This document shows, piece after piece, positions 7,489 to 17,192 of a stretch of DNA of 38,297 nucleotides. The notes beneath the pieces are model-generated. The model was not told the DNA's origin and made no database searches. It saw nothing but the letters and a program-made list of their open reading frames with translations. Within the stretch, counting starts at the first letter, position 1; each line of letters starts with the position of its first letter. The DNA lies in the NCBI GenBank assembly GCA_045592565.1, contig JAZNVA010000221.1, forward strand, positions 1 through 38,297. The letters run 5' to 3'. The position numbers and the translations under genes are program-made. Source of the DNA: Eubacteriales bacterium. GTDB lineage: Bacteria; Bacillota; Clostridia; Oscillospirales; CAG-272.

Positions 7489-7806
7489 ATGCTTTATCCC
7501 ACCATTAAGGAACTGACCCGCGACGAATTCAACCGCTACGAGCTGGCTCTCGCCACTGCTAAGTGCGCCCGTCTGATCACCGATGAATACGTCAGACAGC
7601 GCGAGGCTGCCGAGAAGGCGGCAACGGGAAACAAGGACGCGGACCGCAACCTGATCAACATGATCAACAAAGAATATCGGGATGAGAAGGCGGTCAAGAA
7701 CGCCATTACCCGTATCCACAGCGGTGAATATCAGATCGTTCACAAGGAAGAGGACGAGGAGCTTCCCACAGAGGAATCCGAAACCGCCGAGGCTGTAGAA
7801 GCATAA
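7489..7806 (+). CDS. rpoZ: DNA-directed RNA polymerase subunit omega
   Basis: 105 aa. MLYPTIKELTRDEFNRYELALATAKCARLI is the typical omega N-terminus. The C-terminal tail is acidic. Confidence 0.88.
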   Translation: MLYPTIKELTRDEFNRYELALATAKCARLITDEYVRQREAAEKAATGNKDADRNLINMINKEYRDEKAVKNAITRIHSGEYQIVHKEEDEELPTEESETAEAVEA

Positions 7807-7839
7807 TTCTGACTGTAACGATTGCTCGGAGGATCGACT

Positions 7840-10338
7840 ATGTGGGAATACGCCGGCGTACATCTGCTGGATAGCCCCTATTGCATCGACCGCCCTTTTG
7901 ATTATTTCATTCCTCCCGATCTTCGGGAGCGGGTCGAGGTCGGCAATTTCGTGACCGTTCCCTTTGGAACGGGAAACCGAAAACGAACGGGCTTGGTGGT
8001 TGCGCTCAAGGATCAACCGGATAACGAAAAGATCGGCTGTAAGCCGATCTTTTCGGTGTGCGATCCTTCTCTGCTCTCCCTAAACGATGAAATGATGCGG
8101 CTGTGTCTGTTCATGAAGGAGCAGACGCTCTGCACCGTGGGAGACGCGGTTCGCGCCATGGTTCCCATCTCGGCGATGGCAAAGCAGGAGGACGTCTATC
8201 TACCCGCAAAGCGCGCCGAGGAAGATACCACTCCCGACAAGCCCCTCGATCCTCTCGCATCCCTGATGCTGGATTACATTTGTAAAAAAGGAAGCGTACG
8301 GCAGGATCTGCTCAAGCTTCGTTTTGGTCCCGCCACCGCCGACACCTTGAAGCAATTACTTGCCTACGGTCGGATCCAAAGGGAAACCGTTTTGCGCACG
8401 ACCGAGGAAAAAAGCGAGAACTATTGTTCTCTCGCCCTCCCCAAGGAACAGGCGGATGCCATTCTCAAGGGAACCGATCCCAATATTCGTCTCCGCTCCT
8501 CCAATCACCTCTCGATCCTGAGATTTCTTCTGGACTCGGATGAGGAGGAGATCAAGGAAAAGACGGTTCTGGATTCCTGTGGCGCTACCGCGGCGCAGAT
8601 TACCGCACTCTGCAGCAAGGGGATCCTTACCCGAACAAAAAAGACACTGGATCGCAGTATTCCCACGGTACCCAAGGGAGAGACACGGGCGGTCATACTC
8701 AACGACGAGCAGACCGCCGCCTACGAGTCTCTTTGCGCGCTGTCCGATTCGGGAGAAGCCAAAGCCGCACTGCTGCACGGCGTAACGGGAAGCGGAAAGA
8801 CCTCGGTCATGATGAAGATGATCGATCACGTTCTGGCAAAGCAAAAGAGCGTGATCCTGCTTCTGCCCGAGATCGCCCTGACGCCCCAAACGCTGTCCAT
8901 CTTCTGCTCCCGCTACGGCGAGCGAGTCGCCATTCTCCATTCGGGACTTTCCGCGGGAGAACGACTGGACACCTACCGCCGCATCCGCACGGGCGGCGCG
9001 GACGTGGTGATCGGCACCCGTTCCGCGATCTTTGCTCCCTTGGAGGATCTCGGCTTGATCATCCTGGATGAGGAGCAGGAGCATACGTACAAATCGGACA
9101 TGAATCCGAAATATCACGCAAGGGATATCGCCAGATTCCGTTGCGCTCACCACAAGGCACTGATGCTGTTGGCATCCGCCACCCCCTCCTTTGAAAGCTA
9201 TTATAAGGCAAAGGAAGGGGCATATACTCTGATCTCTCTGAAGCATCGCTACGGCGGCGCTTCTCTGCCCCGCGTGACCATTGCCGATATGCGGGAGGAT
9301 ACCACTGCGGGAACAGTCTCCCCTCTGGGAACTCTTCTGTGCGAGAAGCTGGTAAGAAACCGTCAGCAGGGGGATCAATCCATTCTGTTTCTGAACCGAC
9401 GGGGATATAACAATTTTATCAGCTGTCGAAGCTGCGGCGAGGCAGTTCGCTGTCCCACCTGCAGTGTTTCCATGACCTATCACACCGTTGGCAATTCCTA
9501 CGAAAAGGGAGAGCTTCGCTGTCACTGGTGCGGCAGACGAATGCCTCTTCCCGCGGTTTGTCCTTCCTGCGAGAGCCCGCATCTGGCGCACATGGGGTTT
9601 GGCACGCAACGGGTGGAGCAGGAGCTGTCCGAGCTATTGCCCGACACCGAGATCCTGAGAATGGATACCGACACCACCTCCTCCCGATACTCCTATGAGA
9701 CCATGCTGGGCAAGTTCCGCCGACATGAGGCGGACGTGCTTCTGGGAACTCAAATGGTCACCAAGGGACACGATTTTCCCGACGTAACGCTTGTGGGCGT
9801 TCTTCTGGCAGACGCTTCTCTCTATCTGAACGACTACCGCGCGGCGGAACGCACCTTTGCTATGCTGACGCAGGTGATCGGTCGGGCAGGACGCGCTGAC
9901 AAGGCGGGGGAGGCCGTGATCCAGACCAATAATCCCGATCACGAATGTATCCGTCTTGCCTGCTCGCAGGATTTTGAGGCATTCTACAACGCCGAGATCC
10001 GTCTGCGGAAGGCGCTGGTCTTCCCTCCCTTCTGCGATATCGTTTCCCTGATGCTGACCTCCTCCGAGGAGGTGGAGCTGATGCGGGCATCGACCGTTCT
10101 TTCGGAGAAAATGAAGGAGCTTCTGGCGGGAGATTATCGGGATGTGCCCGTGGTAACCTACGGTCCCTTTGAGGCTCCCGTATACAAAGTAGAAAACAAA
10201 TACCGCATGAGAATGGTGATCAAGTGCCGCCTGAACAAGCGCAGTCGCGCGCTGTTCGACGCGCTGCTTCGCTTTTTTTCGGGATCCGCGGGAAAGGGCT
10301 TGACGCTTTCCGTGGATTTCAACCCCTCCTCCTTATGA
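7840..10338 (+). CDS. priA: primosomal protein N' (replication restart helicase)
   Basis: Start at the ATG at 7840 after a GGAGG RBS. Walker A GVTGSGKT and DEEQE box. Cys-rich zinc-binding insert CRSCGEAVRCPTCS...CHWCG...CPSC. Confidence 0.93.
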   Translation: MWEYAGVHLLDSPYCIDRPFDYFIPPDLRERVEVGNFVTVPFGTGNRKRTGLVVALKDQPDNEKIGCKPIFSVCDPSLLSLNDEMMRLCLFMKEQTLCTVGDAVRAMVPISAMAKQEDVYLPAKRAEEDTTPDKPLDPLASLMLDYICKKGSVRQDLLKLRFGPATADTLKQLLAYGRIQRETVLRTTEEKSENYCSLALPKEQADAILKGTDPNIRLRSSNHLSILRFLLDSDEEEIKEKTVLDSCGATAAQITALCSKGILTRTKKTLDRSIPTVPKGETRAVILNDEQTAAYESLCALSDSGEAKAALLHGVTGSGKTSVMMKMIDHVLAKQKSVILLLPEIALTPQTLSIFCSRYGERVAILHSGLSAGERLDTYRRIRTGGADVVIGTRSAIFAPLEDLGLIILDEEQEHTYKSDMNPKYHARDIARFRCAHHKALMLLASATPSFESYYKAKEGAYTLISLKHRYGGASLPRVTIADMREDTTAGTVSPLGTLLCEKLVRNRQQGDQSILFLNRRGYNNFISCRSCGEAVRCPTCSVSMTYHTVGNSYEKGELRCHWCGRRMPLPAVCPSCESPHLAHMGFGTQRVEQELSELLPDTEILRMDTDTTSSRYSYETMLGKFRRHEADVLLGTQMVTKGHDFPDVTLVGVLLADASLYLNDYRAAERTFAMLTQVIGRAGRADKAGEAVIQTNNPDHECIRLACSQDFEAFYNAEIRLRKALVFPPFCDIVSLMLTSSEEVELMRASTVLSEKMKELLAGDYRDVPVVTYGPFEAPVYKVENKYRMRMVIKCRLNKRSRALFDALLRFFSGSAGKGLTLSVDFNPSSL

Positions 10339-10360
10339 GGAGCTTAAAAAGGAGATTATT

Positions 10361-10819
10361 ATGGCAAAGCTGAAAATCGTAAAAGTTGGGGATCCTACGC
10401 TTCGAAAGGTGTGCCGCCCCGTGGATAGCATCACCCCCCGTGTCCTCACGTTGCTGGACGATATGATCGACACGATGCGTGCCGCCGACGGTGTGGGACT
10501 CGCCGCCCCTCAGGTGGGCATTCTGCGAAGGATCGTGGTCATTGAGACTCCTGACGAGGGACTGATCGAGCTGATCAACCCCAAGATCATTGCTTTCTCG
10601 GGAGAACAGGAAAGCGAGGAGGGCTGTCTGTCGGTTCCCGGCAGATGGGGCGTTACCCGCCGTCCCATGCACGTCACGGTCCGCGCCATGAACCGAAAGG
10701 GCGAGACCTTCGACATCACCGGTTCGGGACTGCTTGCAAAGGCATTCTGTCACGAGATCGACCATCTGGACGGCAAGCTCTATATTGATTGCGCCATTCG
10801 GATGCTGGACTCCAACTGA
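10361..10819 (+). CDS. def: peptide deformylase
   Basis: Motifs GVGLAAPQVG, EGCLSVPG and HEIDHLDG. Confidence 0.95.
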   Translation: MAKLKIVKVGDPTLRKVCRPVDSITPRVLTLLDDMIDTMRAADGVGLAAPQVGILRRIVVIETPDEGLIELINPKIIAFSGEQESEEGCLSVPGRWGVTRRPMHVTVRAMNRKGETFDITGSGLLAKAFCHEIDHLDGKLYIDCAIRMLDSN

Positions 10820-10840
10820 GACAAACGGAAAGGAGACGGC

Positions 10841-11773
10841 ATGAAGCTTGTATTTATGGGAACCCCCGATTTCGCGGTCTTTTCCCTCCGCGCCTTGCTG
10901 GAGGCGGGACATGAGATCGCGGCGGTAATCACACAACCCGATAAGCCCCGAGGACGGGGATACACCATGACACCGCCCCCTGTAAAGGTTGCGGCACAAG
11001 AGGCGGGGATCCCCGTCTATCAACCCGCTACCCTGAAGGACGAGACATTCGCTGAGCTCTTGCGGCAGTTGGATCCGCAGGTGATCGTGGTGGTCGCCTT
11101 CGGAAAGATCCTGCCCGAATCGGTGCTTCGCTATCCTCCTCTTGGCTGTATCAACGTCCACGGCTCCCTGCTTCCCGAATATCGGGGTGCCGCCCCCATG
11201 CAACGGGCGATCATTGACGGAAAAGCCGTAACGGGTATTACCACCATGTATATGGACGTGGGGTTGGACACGGGAGATATGCTTCTCAAGGAAGAAATCG
11301 CCATCGAAGAAAACGATAATTTTGAAACGATCCATGACAAGCTCGGCGCGCTGGGGGCTGACATGATCGTCCGCACGTTAAACGGTCTGAGCAAGGGATC
11401 GATCCCGCGCATTCCCCAAGACGAGGCATTGGCAACCTACGCGGCAAAGATCACCAAGGAGGATTGCGCGCTGTGCTTTGATCGGAATGCAAAAGAAGTA
11501 CACGACCGAATCCGCGGTCTGTCCCCCATTCCCCTTTCTTTCACCCACACGGTGGACGGAAAGCTGCTCAAAATCACCGCATCCCGTATTCTTGACACCG
11601 ATACAACACACGATACCCCCGGCAAGGTGATCTCTCTGGACGAGGGCATCGCCGTTGCCTGCCGACGCGGCTCGGTTCTGCTGACGGGCGTTCTGCCCGA
11701 GGGCAAATCCCGTATGTCTGCCGTCGATTTCATTCGCGGAAGAAAGGTATCGGTTGGAGATATTCTCCAATAA
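10841..11773 (+). CDS. fmt: methionyl-tRNA formyltransferase
   Basis: 310 aa. HGSLLPEYRGAAPMQRAI motif. Conserved position after def. Confidence 0.93.
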   Translation: MKLVFMGTPDFAVFSLRALLEAGHEIAAVITQPDKPRGRGYTMTPPPVKVAAQEAGIPVYQPATLKDETFAELLRQLDPQVIVVVAFGKILPESVLRYPPLGCINVHGSLLPEYRGAAPMQRAIIDGKAVTGITTMYMDVGLDTGDMLLKEEIAIEENDNFETIHDKLGALGADMIVRTLNGLSKGSIPRIPQDEALATYAAKITKEDCALCFDRNAKEVHDRIRGLSPIPLSFTHTVDGKLLKITASRILDTDTTHDTPGKVISLDEGIAVACRRGSVLLTGVLPEGKSRMSAVDFIRGRKVSVGDILQ

Positions 11774-11803
11774 CCTCAATAATTTTTTGATCAGGAGACT
11801 GCT

Positions 11804-13090
11804 ATGACGGCAAGACGGCTTGCGTTCGATCTGCTGCAACGGATCGAAACCAACGATCAGTTTTTGAATATCGCGCTGGACCACGCCCTGAATCAAAGCG
11901 GGCTGGACGGAGCGGATCGCGCCCTTGCCGCGACCTTGGTTTACGGCGTTACCGAACGACGGATCACGCTGGATTTCCAGATCGACCGCCTGGCAAGCCG
12001 CCCCGCGTCGGAGCTGGATCTTCCCGTCAAGACCGCTTTGCGGCTGGGACTTTATCAGCTGTTCTTTCTGGATCGGATCCCCCCGCACGCCGCTGTGAGC
12101 GAGACGGTTTCTCTGGTCTCCAGAAAAACGGCGGGCTTTGTCAACGCCGTTCTTCGCGCGGCTACCCGCGCACCCGCTCTTGCTCTGCCCGATCGCAGGG
12201 AGGACGAGGCGGCTTACCTCTCGGTCTCTTGCTCGGTCTGTCAGCCGTTGTGCGAATGGTTGATCGGCACATTCGGCGCAAAACGCGCCGAATCCATTTT
12301 CAAGAGCTTTTCCGAGCATGGAAAAACTACTCTGTCGGTGAACACCCTGAAGATCTCCCGTGAGGAGCTTGCCAAAAGGATTCCCCATGCAACGCCTACC
12401 GTATATGCCCCCAAGGGGCTGTCTGTGCGAGGCTCCGTTCGAGAGCTGTACGGCTTTGAGGAAGGTCTGTTTTTTGTACAGGACGAGGCCTCTCAGCTTT
12501 GTGTGGAAGCGCTGGGCGCGCAAGAGGGTGAGCTACTAATGGACATTTGCGCCTGCCCAGGCTCCAAAAGCTTCGGCTCGGCGATCCGCATGAACAACGC
12601 GGGAACGGTCCTTTCCTACGATCTTCACGAAAAAAAGCTTCCGCTGATCGAATCGGGAGCCGCCAGATTGGGCATTACTATCATTACCCCCTCTGTACGT
12701 GACGGAAGGAAATTTCTTCCCGAGCTGGAAGAAAAAGCAGACCGTGTGCTGTGTGACGTTCCCTGCTCTGGCTTTGGCGTTCTGGCAAAGAAGCCCGAGC
12801 TTCGCTACAAAGATCCAATCTCCTCTGCCGCCCTTCCCGACATTCAGCTGGCGATTCTGGAAAACGCCTGCCGTTACGTCAAACGCGGCGGTACGCTGGT
12901 CTACTCCACCTGCACGATCCTCCCCGAGGAAAACGAGGAAAACGTAGCAAGATTTCTGAGCAGACACCCCGAATTTTCTCTTGTTCCATTCTCTGTGGGC
13001 GGGATCGAAGCAAACAAAGGATATCTGACACTTCTCCCCGATGAATACCCAACCGACGGCTTCTTTATCGCGAAGCTGACGAGACAATAA
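11804..13090 (+). CDS. rsmB: 16S rRNA (cytosine967-C5)-methyltransferase
   Basis: NusB-like N-terminus. SAM-methyltransferase motifs DICACPGSKS and DVPCSGFGV, plus YSTCT. Confidence 0.9.
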   Translation: MTARRLAFDLLQRIETNDQFLNIALDHALNQSGLDGADRALAATLVYGVTERRITLDFQIDRLASRPASELDLPVKTALRLGLYQLFFLDRIPPHAAVSETVSLVSRKTAGFVNAVLRAATRAPALALPDRREDEAAYLSVSCSVCQPLCEWLIGTFGAKRAESIFKSFSEHGKTTLSVNTLKISREELAKRIPHATPTVYAPKGLSVRGSVRELYGFEEGLFFVQDEASQLCVEALGAQEGELLMDICACPGSKSFGSAIRMNNAGTVLSYDLHEKKLPLIESGAARLGITIITPSVRDGRKFLPELEEKADRVLCDVPCSGFGVLAKKPELRYKDPISSAALPDIQLAILENACRYVKRGGTLVYSTCTILPEENEENVARFLSRHPEFSLVPFSVGGIEANKGYLTLLPDEYPTDGFFIAKLTRQ

Positions 13091-13128
13091 GATCTGCAAA
13101 AGGACTTTTTTGAAAGGAGCGATCTCTC

Positions 13129-14199
13129 ATGAACACAACCAAAAAGACCGATCTTCTGTCGCTCCTACCCGAGGAGCTGGAGCATCTGGTGCTCTCCCTT
13201 GGGGAGCCGAAATATCGGGCGCAACAGCTGTTTTCTCAGCTCCACCGAGGCATTGCCCCCGAGGAGATGACCAACGTAGGCAAAGCTACCGTAGCCAAGC
13301 TGAAAGAGCATGCCACCTATCATCTGCCCACCGTCCGCCGCAAGCTGGTCTCCGCCTTGGACGGAACGGTAAAATATCTGTTTGCCCTGCGAGACGGAAA
13401 CTGTGTGGAAAGCGTGGTCATGCGCTACAAGCACGGAACCACCATCTGCATCTCCTCTCAGGTTGGCTGTCGCATGGGCTGTGCCTTTTGCGCCTCCACC
13501 ATCGGCGGAAAGATCCGCGATCTGACGCCATCCGAAATGTTAGGGCAGATCATTGCCGCCTCCAAAGACACGGGAGAGCGGATTGACGGCGTGGTAATGA
13601 TGGGCATCGGGGAGCCTCTGGACAACTACGACAACGTCGTCCGATTTCTTCGTCTGGTAGGACACGAAAAAGGACTGAATATCGGCTACCGCCATATCTC
13701 TCTTTCCACCTGCGGTTTGTGTGACAAGATCGACCGTCTGGCACAAGAGAATTTTCCAATCACGCTATCGATCTCTCTTCACGCCTCCGACAACGAGACG
13801 CGAAGCGCCATCATGCCCGTCAACAGAAAATGGAGCATCGAACAACTGCTGACGAGCTGTCGCAACTATTACCGCGCCACGGGCAGACGGATCTCCTTTG
13901 AATATACTCTGATCGCGGGAAAGAACGACTCCCCCGAAGCCGCCCTTCGTCTGGCAAGGCTTCTCAACACCAGTCTCCGTTCTGCCGATGAACCCTCCTC
14001 TTTCCCCATTCACGTCAATCTCATTCCCGTCAATCCCGTAACCGAGACGGGCTTCTCCGCCTCGGATAAAAAGGCGGTGGCAGCCTTTGCCGCCACACTG
14101 GAGAGAAAGGGGATCCGCGCTACCGTCCGCCGCCGTCTCGGCTCGGACATCAACGCATCCTGCGGACAGCTTCGCCGCGCGGAGGAGCAGCAAGACTAA
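13129..14199 (+). CDS. rlmN: 23S rRNA/tRNA (adenine-C2)-methyltransferase, radical SAM
   Basis: CRMGCAFC radical-SAM cluster motif. Full-length RlmN-like, 356 aa. Confidence 0.92.
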   Translation: MNTTKKTDLLSLLPEELEHLVLSLGEPKYRAQQLFSQLHRGIAPEEMTNVGKATVAKLKEHATYHLPTVRRKLVSALDGTVKYLFALRDGNCVESVVMRYKHGTTICISSQVGCRMGCAFCASTIGGKIRDLTPSEMLGQIIAASKDTGERIDGVVMMGIGEPLDNYDNVVRFLRLVGHEKGLNIGYRHISLSTCGLCDKIDRLAQENFPITLSISLHASDNETRSAIMPVNRKWSIEQLLTSCRNYYRATGRRISFEYTLIAGKNDSPEAALRLARLLNTSLRSADEPSSFPIHVNLIPVNPVTETGFSASDKKAVAAFAATLERKGIRATVRRRLGSDINASCGQLRRAEEQQD

Positions 14200-14240
14200 A
14201 ATTCTTCCGACACATACATAACGCAAAAGGAGCATTCCTC

Positions 14241-15509
14241 ATGAAGTACCGTTTTCGTGTGTCGAGAAAAAAGATCGTATCCGATCATACCCCAAAGCCT
14301 CCCGCCCGTCGTCGTCAGCTTCGGCTGAAAGGGGCGGAAACCCTTCGTAATCTCTCCCGACTTCCCGAACCCGTAGAAGAAATACTCTTTGAGTTTGAGG
14401 ACATAAAGGAGTCGAGAAAGCAAAAAAAGCGAGTCAGAAAAGACCGAAAAAAACAGCTCCTCTCCTTTCTTCGTGCCTGCAAAACCGCGGGCGCGGCAGG
14501 AGCCAGCCTGATCTTTCATAAAACACGGCAGCTGCTCCGTCGGCTTCGCCGCCCGAAAAAAGCCAAAACCGTTCACGCACTCCCCATTCTTTCGGGCGCG
14601 CTGTGCGCTTCTCTGCTGGTGGTCACGCTTTCGGCAGGGGGGATCCTTCTGGGACTTTTTTCGGGATATGGCAGATCCTATCGAAGCGTGACCGTTCCCA
14701 ATTTTGTGGGAAAAGACCCATCCTCTGTCCTCACCGACGAGGAGTCCCATCTGGATCTGATCATTCAATACGAAAAAAACGATCTCGTTCCCGAAGGACT
14801 TGTTATTTCACAGTCCCCTCATGCGGGAGTGAGACGGCGCTTATATCATCAAAAGGATTTTTGCACTGTGGTTCTGACGGTAAGCCGCGCCGAGGAAAAG
14901 TACTCCTTGGAGGAGCTAACGGGCAAAAACAGACGGGATGCCGTTTTGACGTTGCGTAACGCGGGTATTTTGCCCAAGCTGAGAGAGGAGCATTCCGACA
15001 CCGTTCCCAAAGGCGAGGTCATCGGCACGCTTCCTGCCACGGGAACCACCCTCAAGGCAGGTGACGCGGTGATCCTGCGGATCAGCCTCGGAAAAGAAAT
15101 CCTGCTTCGGGCGGTCCCCTCCTTGGTGGGAGTCACCGAAGCGCGGGCGGACGCCCTCCTTCGCGCCGCTTCCCTTCGCGTGGGAACCGTATCCTATCAA
15201 ACCTCCCAAAGACCCGTAGGAACCGTGATCGCCCAAAGCGTGCGCGCGGGAGATCGGTTGGCGGACGGCAGCGAGGTTTCCTTTACTGTCAGCGTGGGAG
15301 ATCGCTATGCTCTTCGTACCGTTCCCGATCTGTATGGCGCTACTCTTGCTGAAGCGGAAGCAAAGCTGAGAGAATACGGGCTGGTCATTGGCAACATTTA
15401 CCCCATGGGCGGCACAGCCAGCCGCGGGACCGTGATGACGCAATCTCCGCTTCCCGGTGCGCCGATCACCTCATCCACCGTGACGGTGGACCTCTTTGTG
15501 ATTTCTTAA
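14241..15509 (+). CDS. PASTA-repeat membrane protein without a kinase domain
   Basis: 422 aa. A basic cytoplasmic region of about 110 aa is followed by one TM helix (ALPILSGALCASLLVVTLSAGGILLGLF) and four PASTA-like repeats starting VPNFVGK, LEELTGK, VPSLVGV and VPDLYGA. An AAAGGAG RBS is present. Confidence 0.8.
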   Translation: MKYRFRVSRKKIVSDHTPKPPARRRQLRLKGAETLRNLSRLPEPVEEILFEFEDIKESRKQKKRVRKDRKKQLLSFLRACKTAGAAGASLIFHKTRQLLRRLRRPKKAKTVHALPILSGALCASLLVVTLSAGGILLGLFSGYGRSYRSVTVPNFVGKDPSSVLTDEESHLDLIIQYEKNDLVPEGLVISQSPHAGVRRRLYHQKDFCTVVLTVSRAEEKYSLEELTGKNRRDAVLTLRNAGILPKLREEHSDTVPKGEVIGTLPATGTTLKAGDAVILRISLGKEILLRAVPSLVGVTEARADALLRAASLRVGTVSYQTSQRPVGTVIAQSVRAGDRLADGSEVSFTVSVGDRYALRTVPDLYGATLAEAEAKLREYGLVIGNIYPMGGTASRGTVMTQSPLPGAPITSSTVTVDLFVIS

Positions 15510-15530
15510 ACGAAAAAAGGACGTGATTTC

Positions 15531-16505
15531 ATGGAACAAACCGCAATCGGAAAAATTATGAAAGGCGTGGGCGGACTGTATACGGTCCGTCTGCTCTCCG
15601 AATGTCACCTGCCCATAGGCGAGCAGGTTCTTTGCCGCGCACGCGGCTCCTTTCGCCACGAGGGCTTGACTCCCCTTCCCGGAGATACGGTCACCGTTCT
15701 CTTTTCCGATTCTGCCGATACCGCCAAGGACAAAAAGGGTGCCAAGGGGGAGCAGGCAGGCGCGGTCATTGATTCCATTCACGAGCGCTCCTGCGCTCTG
15801 ATCCGTCCGCCTCTTGCCAATCTGAACGTTCTCTTTGTTACCATGGCTGCGGCATCTCCCACGCCCATCCTTACCACCACGGACAAGCTGATCTCCATTG
15901 CCGAGTTCAACGGCATCGAGCCCGTGATCATCGTCACCAAGCAAGAGCTGGATCCCCTCTACGCGTCGGAGCTTTGCACCCTGTACGAATCCTGCGGATT
16001 TACTTGCTTTGCCACCAGCTCCACCGACGGTACGGGGATCGAAGCGCTTCGCGAATATATTGACCAATCCCTGACGGGAAAGATCGCCGCCTTTGCGGGG
16101 GCGTCGGGTATCGGTAAATCCACCCTGATGAATCGGCTTTTCCCTACGCTACAGCTTTCCACCTCGGAGATCAGCCGCAAGATCGAGCGAGGACGCCACA
16201 CCACACGGCACGTAGAGCTGTTCTGCCTTTCGGACGAATCGGATTGCGGCTACATTGCAGATACCCCCGGCTTTTCCATGCTGGATTTCGAGCGGTTTGA
16301 TTTCTTCGACAAGGAAGACCTTCCCACCACCTTTCGGGAGTTTATTCCCCATATCGGAAGCTGCCGATACACCAAATGCTCCCACACCAAGGAGGACGGT
16401 TGCGCCATTCTGGAGGCGGTTCGTAAGGGAGAGATCCCCCACAGCCGTCATGAAAGCTTCCGTCAGCTTTACGATACCCTTAAGGTAAAAAAGAAGTGGA
16501 ACTGA
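15531..16505 (+). CDS. rsgA: ribosome small-subunit-dependent GTPase A
   Basis: GASGIGKSTLMNRL, RGRHTTRHVEL, and the C-terminal zinc motif CRYTKCSHTKEDGC. Confidence 0.93.
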   Translation: MEQTAIGKIMKGVGGLYTVRLLSECHLPIGEQVLCRARGSFRHEGLTPLPGDTVTVLFSDSADTAKDKKGAKGEQAGAVIDSIHERSCALIRPPLANLNVLFVTMAAASPTPILTTTDKLISIAEFNGIEPVIIVTKQELDPLYASELCTLYESCGFTCFATSSTDGTGIEALREYIDQSLTGKIAAFAGASGIGKSTLMNRLFPTLQLSTSEISRKIERGRHTTRHVELFCLSDESDCGYIADTPGFSMLDFERFDFFDKEDLPTTFREFIPHIGSCRYTKCSHTKEDGCAILEAVRKGEIPHSRHESFRQLYDTLKVKKKWN

Positions 16506-16529
16506 TCCCGAAAAAGGAGTACATACGAT

Positions 16530-17159
16530 ATGAGAGCTTTTATTTATACGGGCGGCGCCATATACCCCGATCGGATCACCGAGCATCCGAAGGGAGACGA
16601 TCTGCGCATCGCCGCGGACAGCGGTTACCGAAACGCCCTTCTGCTGGGGGAAACGCCCGACCTTCTGCTGGGAGATTTTGATTCGCTCGGAGAGACCGAG
16701 ATCCCCAAAAGAGTGGAGAGACTTCAGGTTCCCGCGGAAAAGGATTTTACCGACACCCAGCTGGCGGTGGATACCGCCATCAAAAAAGGAGCTTCCGAGA
16801 TCGTGATCATCGGTGGGCTGGACGGTCGGCTTGACCATACCCTCTCCAACCTTGCCATTCTGGAGGATCTATCCAAAAAGCGGATCCATGCCGTCATCAC
16901 CAACGGCTACAATCGGGTACGTTATCTCCACTCCACCAGCACCCTGATTGCCCGAAGCGGATTCCGCTATCTTTCTCTGCTCGCTCTTTCCGAGCGGGTC
17001 AAGGGCGTGTCTGTCGAGGGCTGCAAATATCCTCTCAAGAATGCCACGCTGGAGCGTAGCTTTCAGTATGCCGTATCCAATGAGATCACGGGGAATTGCG
17101 CTCTTGTTTCGGTGCGCAAGGGCGGCGTGTATCTTGTAGAGAGCGGAGAGGTGGAATAA
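16530..17159 (+). CDS. thiN: thiamine diphosphokinase
   Basis: 209 aa. GDFDS motif. Conserved position after rsgA. Confidence 0.85.
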   Translation: MRAFIYTGGAIYPDRITEHPKGDDLRIAADSGYRNALLLGETPDLLLGDFDSLGETEIPKRVERLQVPAEKDFTDTQLAVDTAIKKGASEIVIIGGLDGRLDHTLSNLAILEDLSKKRIHAVITNGYNRVRYLHSTSTLIARSGFRYLSLLALSERVKGVSVEGCKYPLKNATLERSFQYAVSNEITGNCALVSVRKGGVYLVESGEVE

Positions 17160-17161
17160 CG

Positions 17162-17192
17162 AAAAAAGAAGTCGCGTGGCGACTTCTTTTTT
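17162..17192. terminator. bidirectional rho-independent terminator
   Basis: Stem AGAAGTCGC / GCGACTTCT, flanked by an A6 run and a T6 run. It overlaps the stop codon of the convergent 17191..18354 gene. Confidence 0.8.

Noticed and set aside
5778-13099. Chain of long minus-strand ORFs (380, 420, 417, 338, 381 and 187 aa) antisense to the yicC-to-rsmB operon
   Set aside because: Every one lies opposite a confidently identified housekeeping gene, and none has an RBS or recognisable motifs. The pattern fits sense-strand avoidance of TTA/CTA/TCA codons, which removes stop codons from one antisense frame. A codon-usage count would confirm this.
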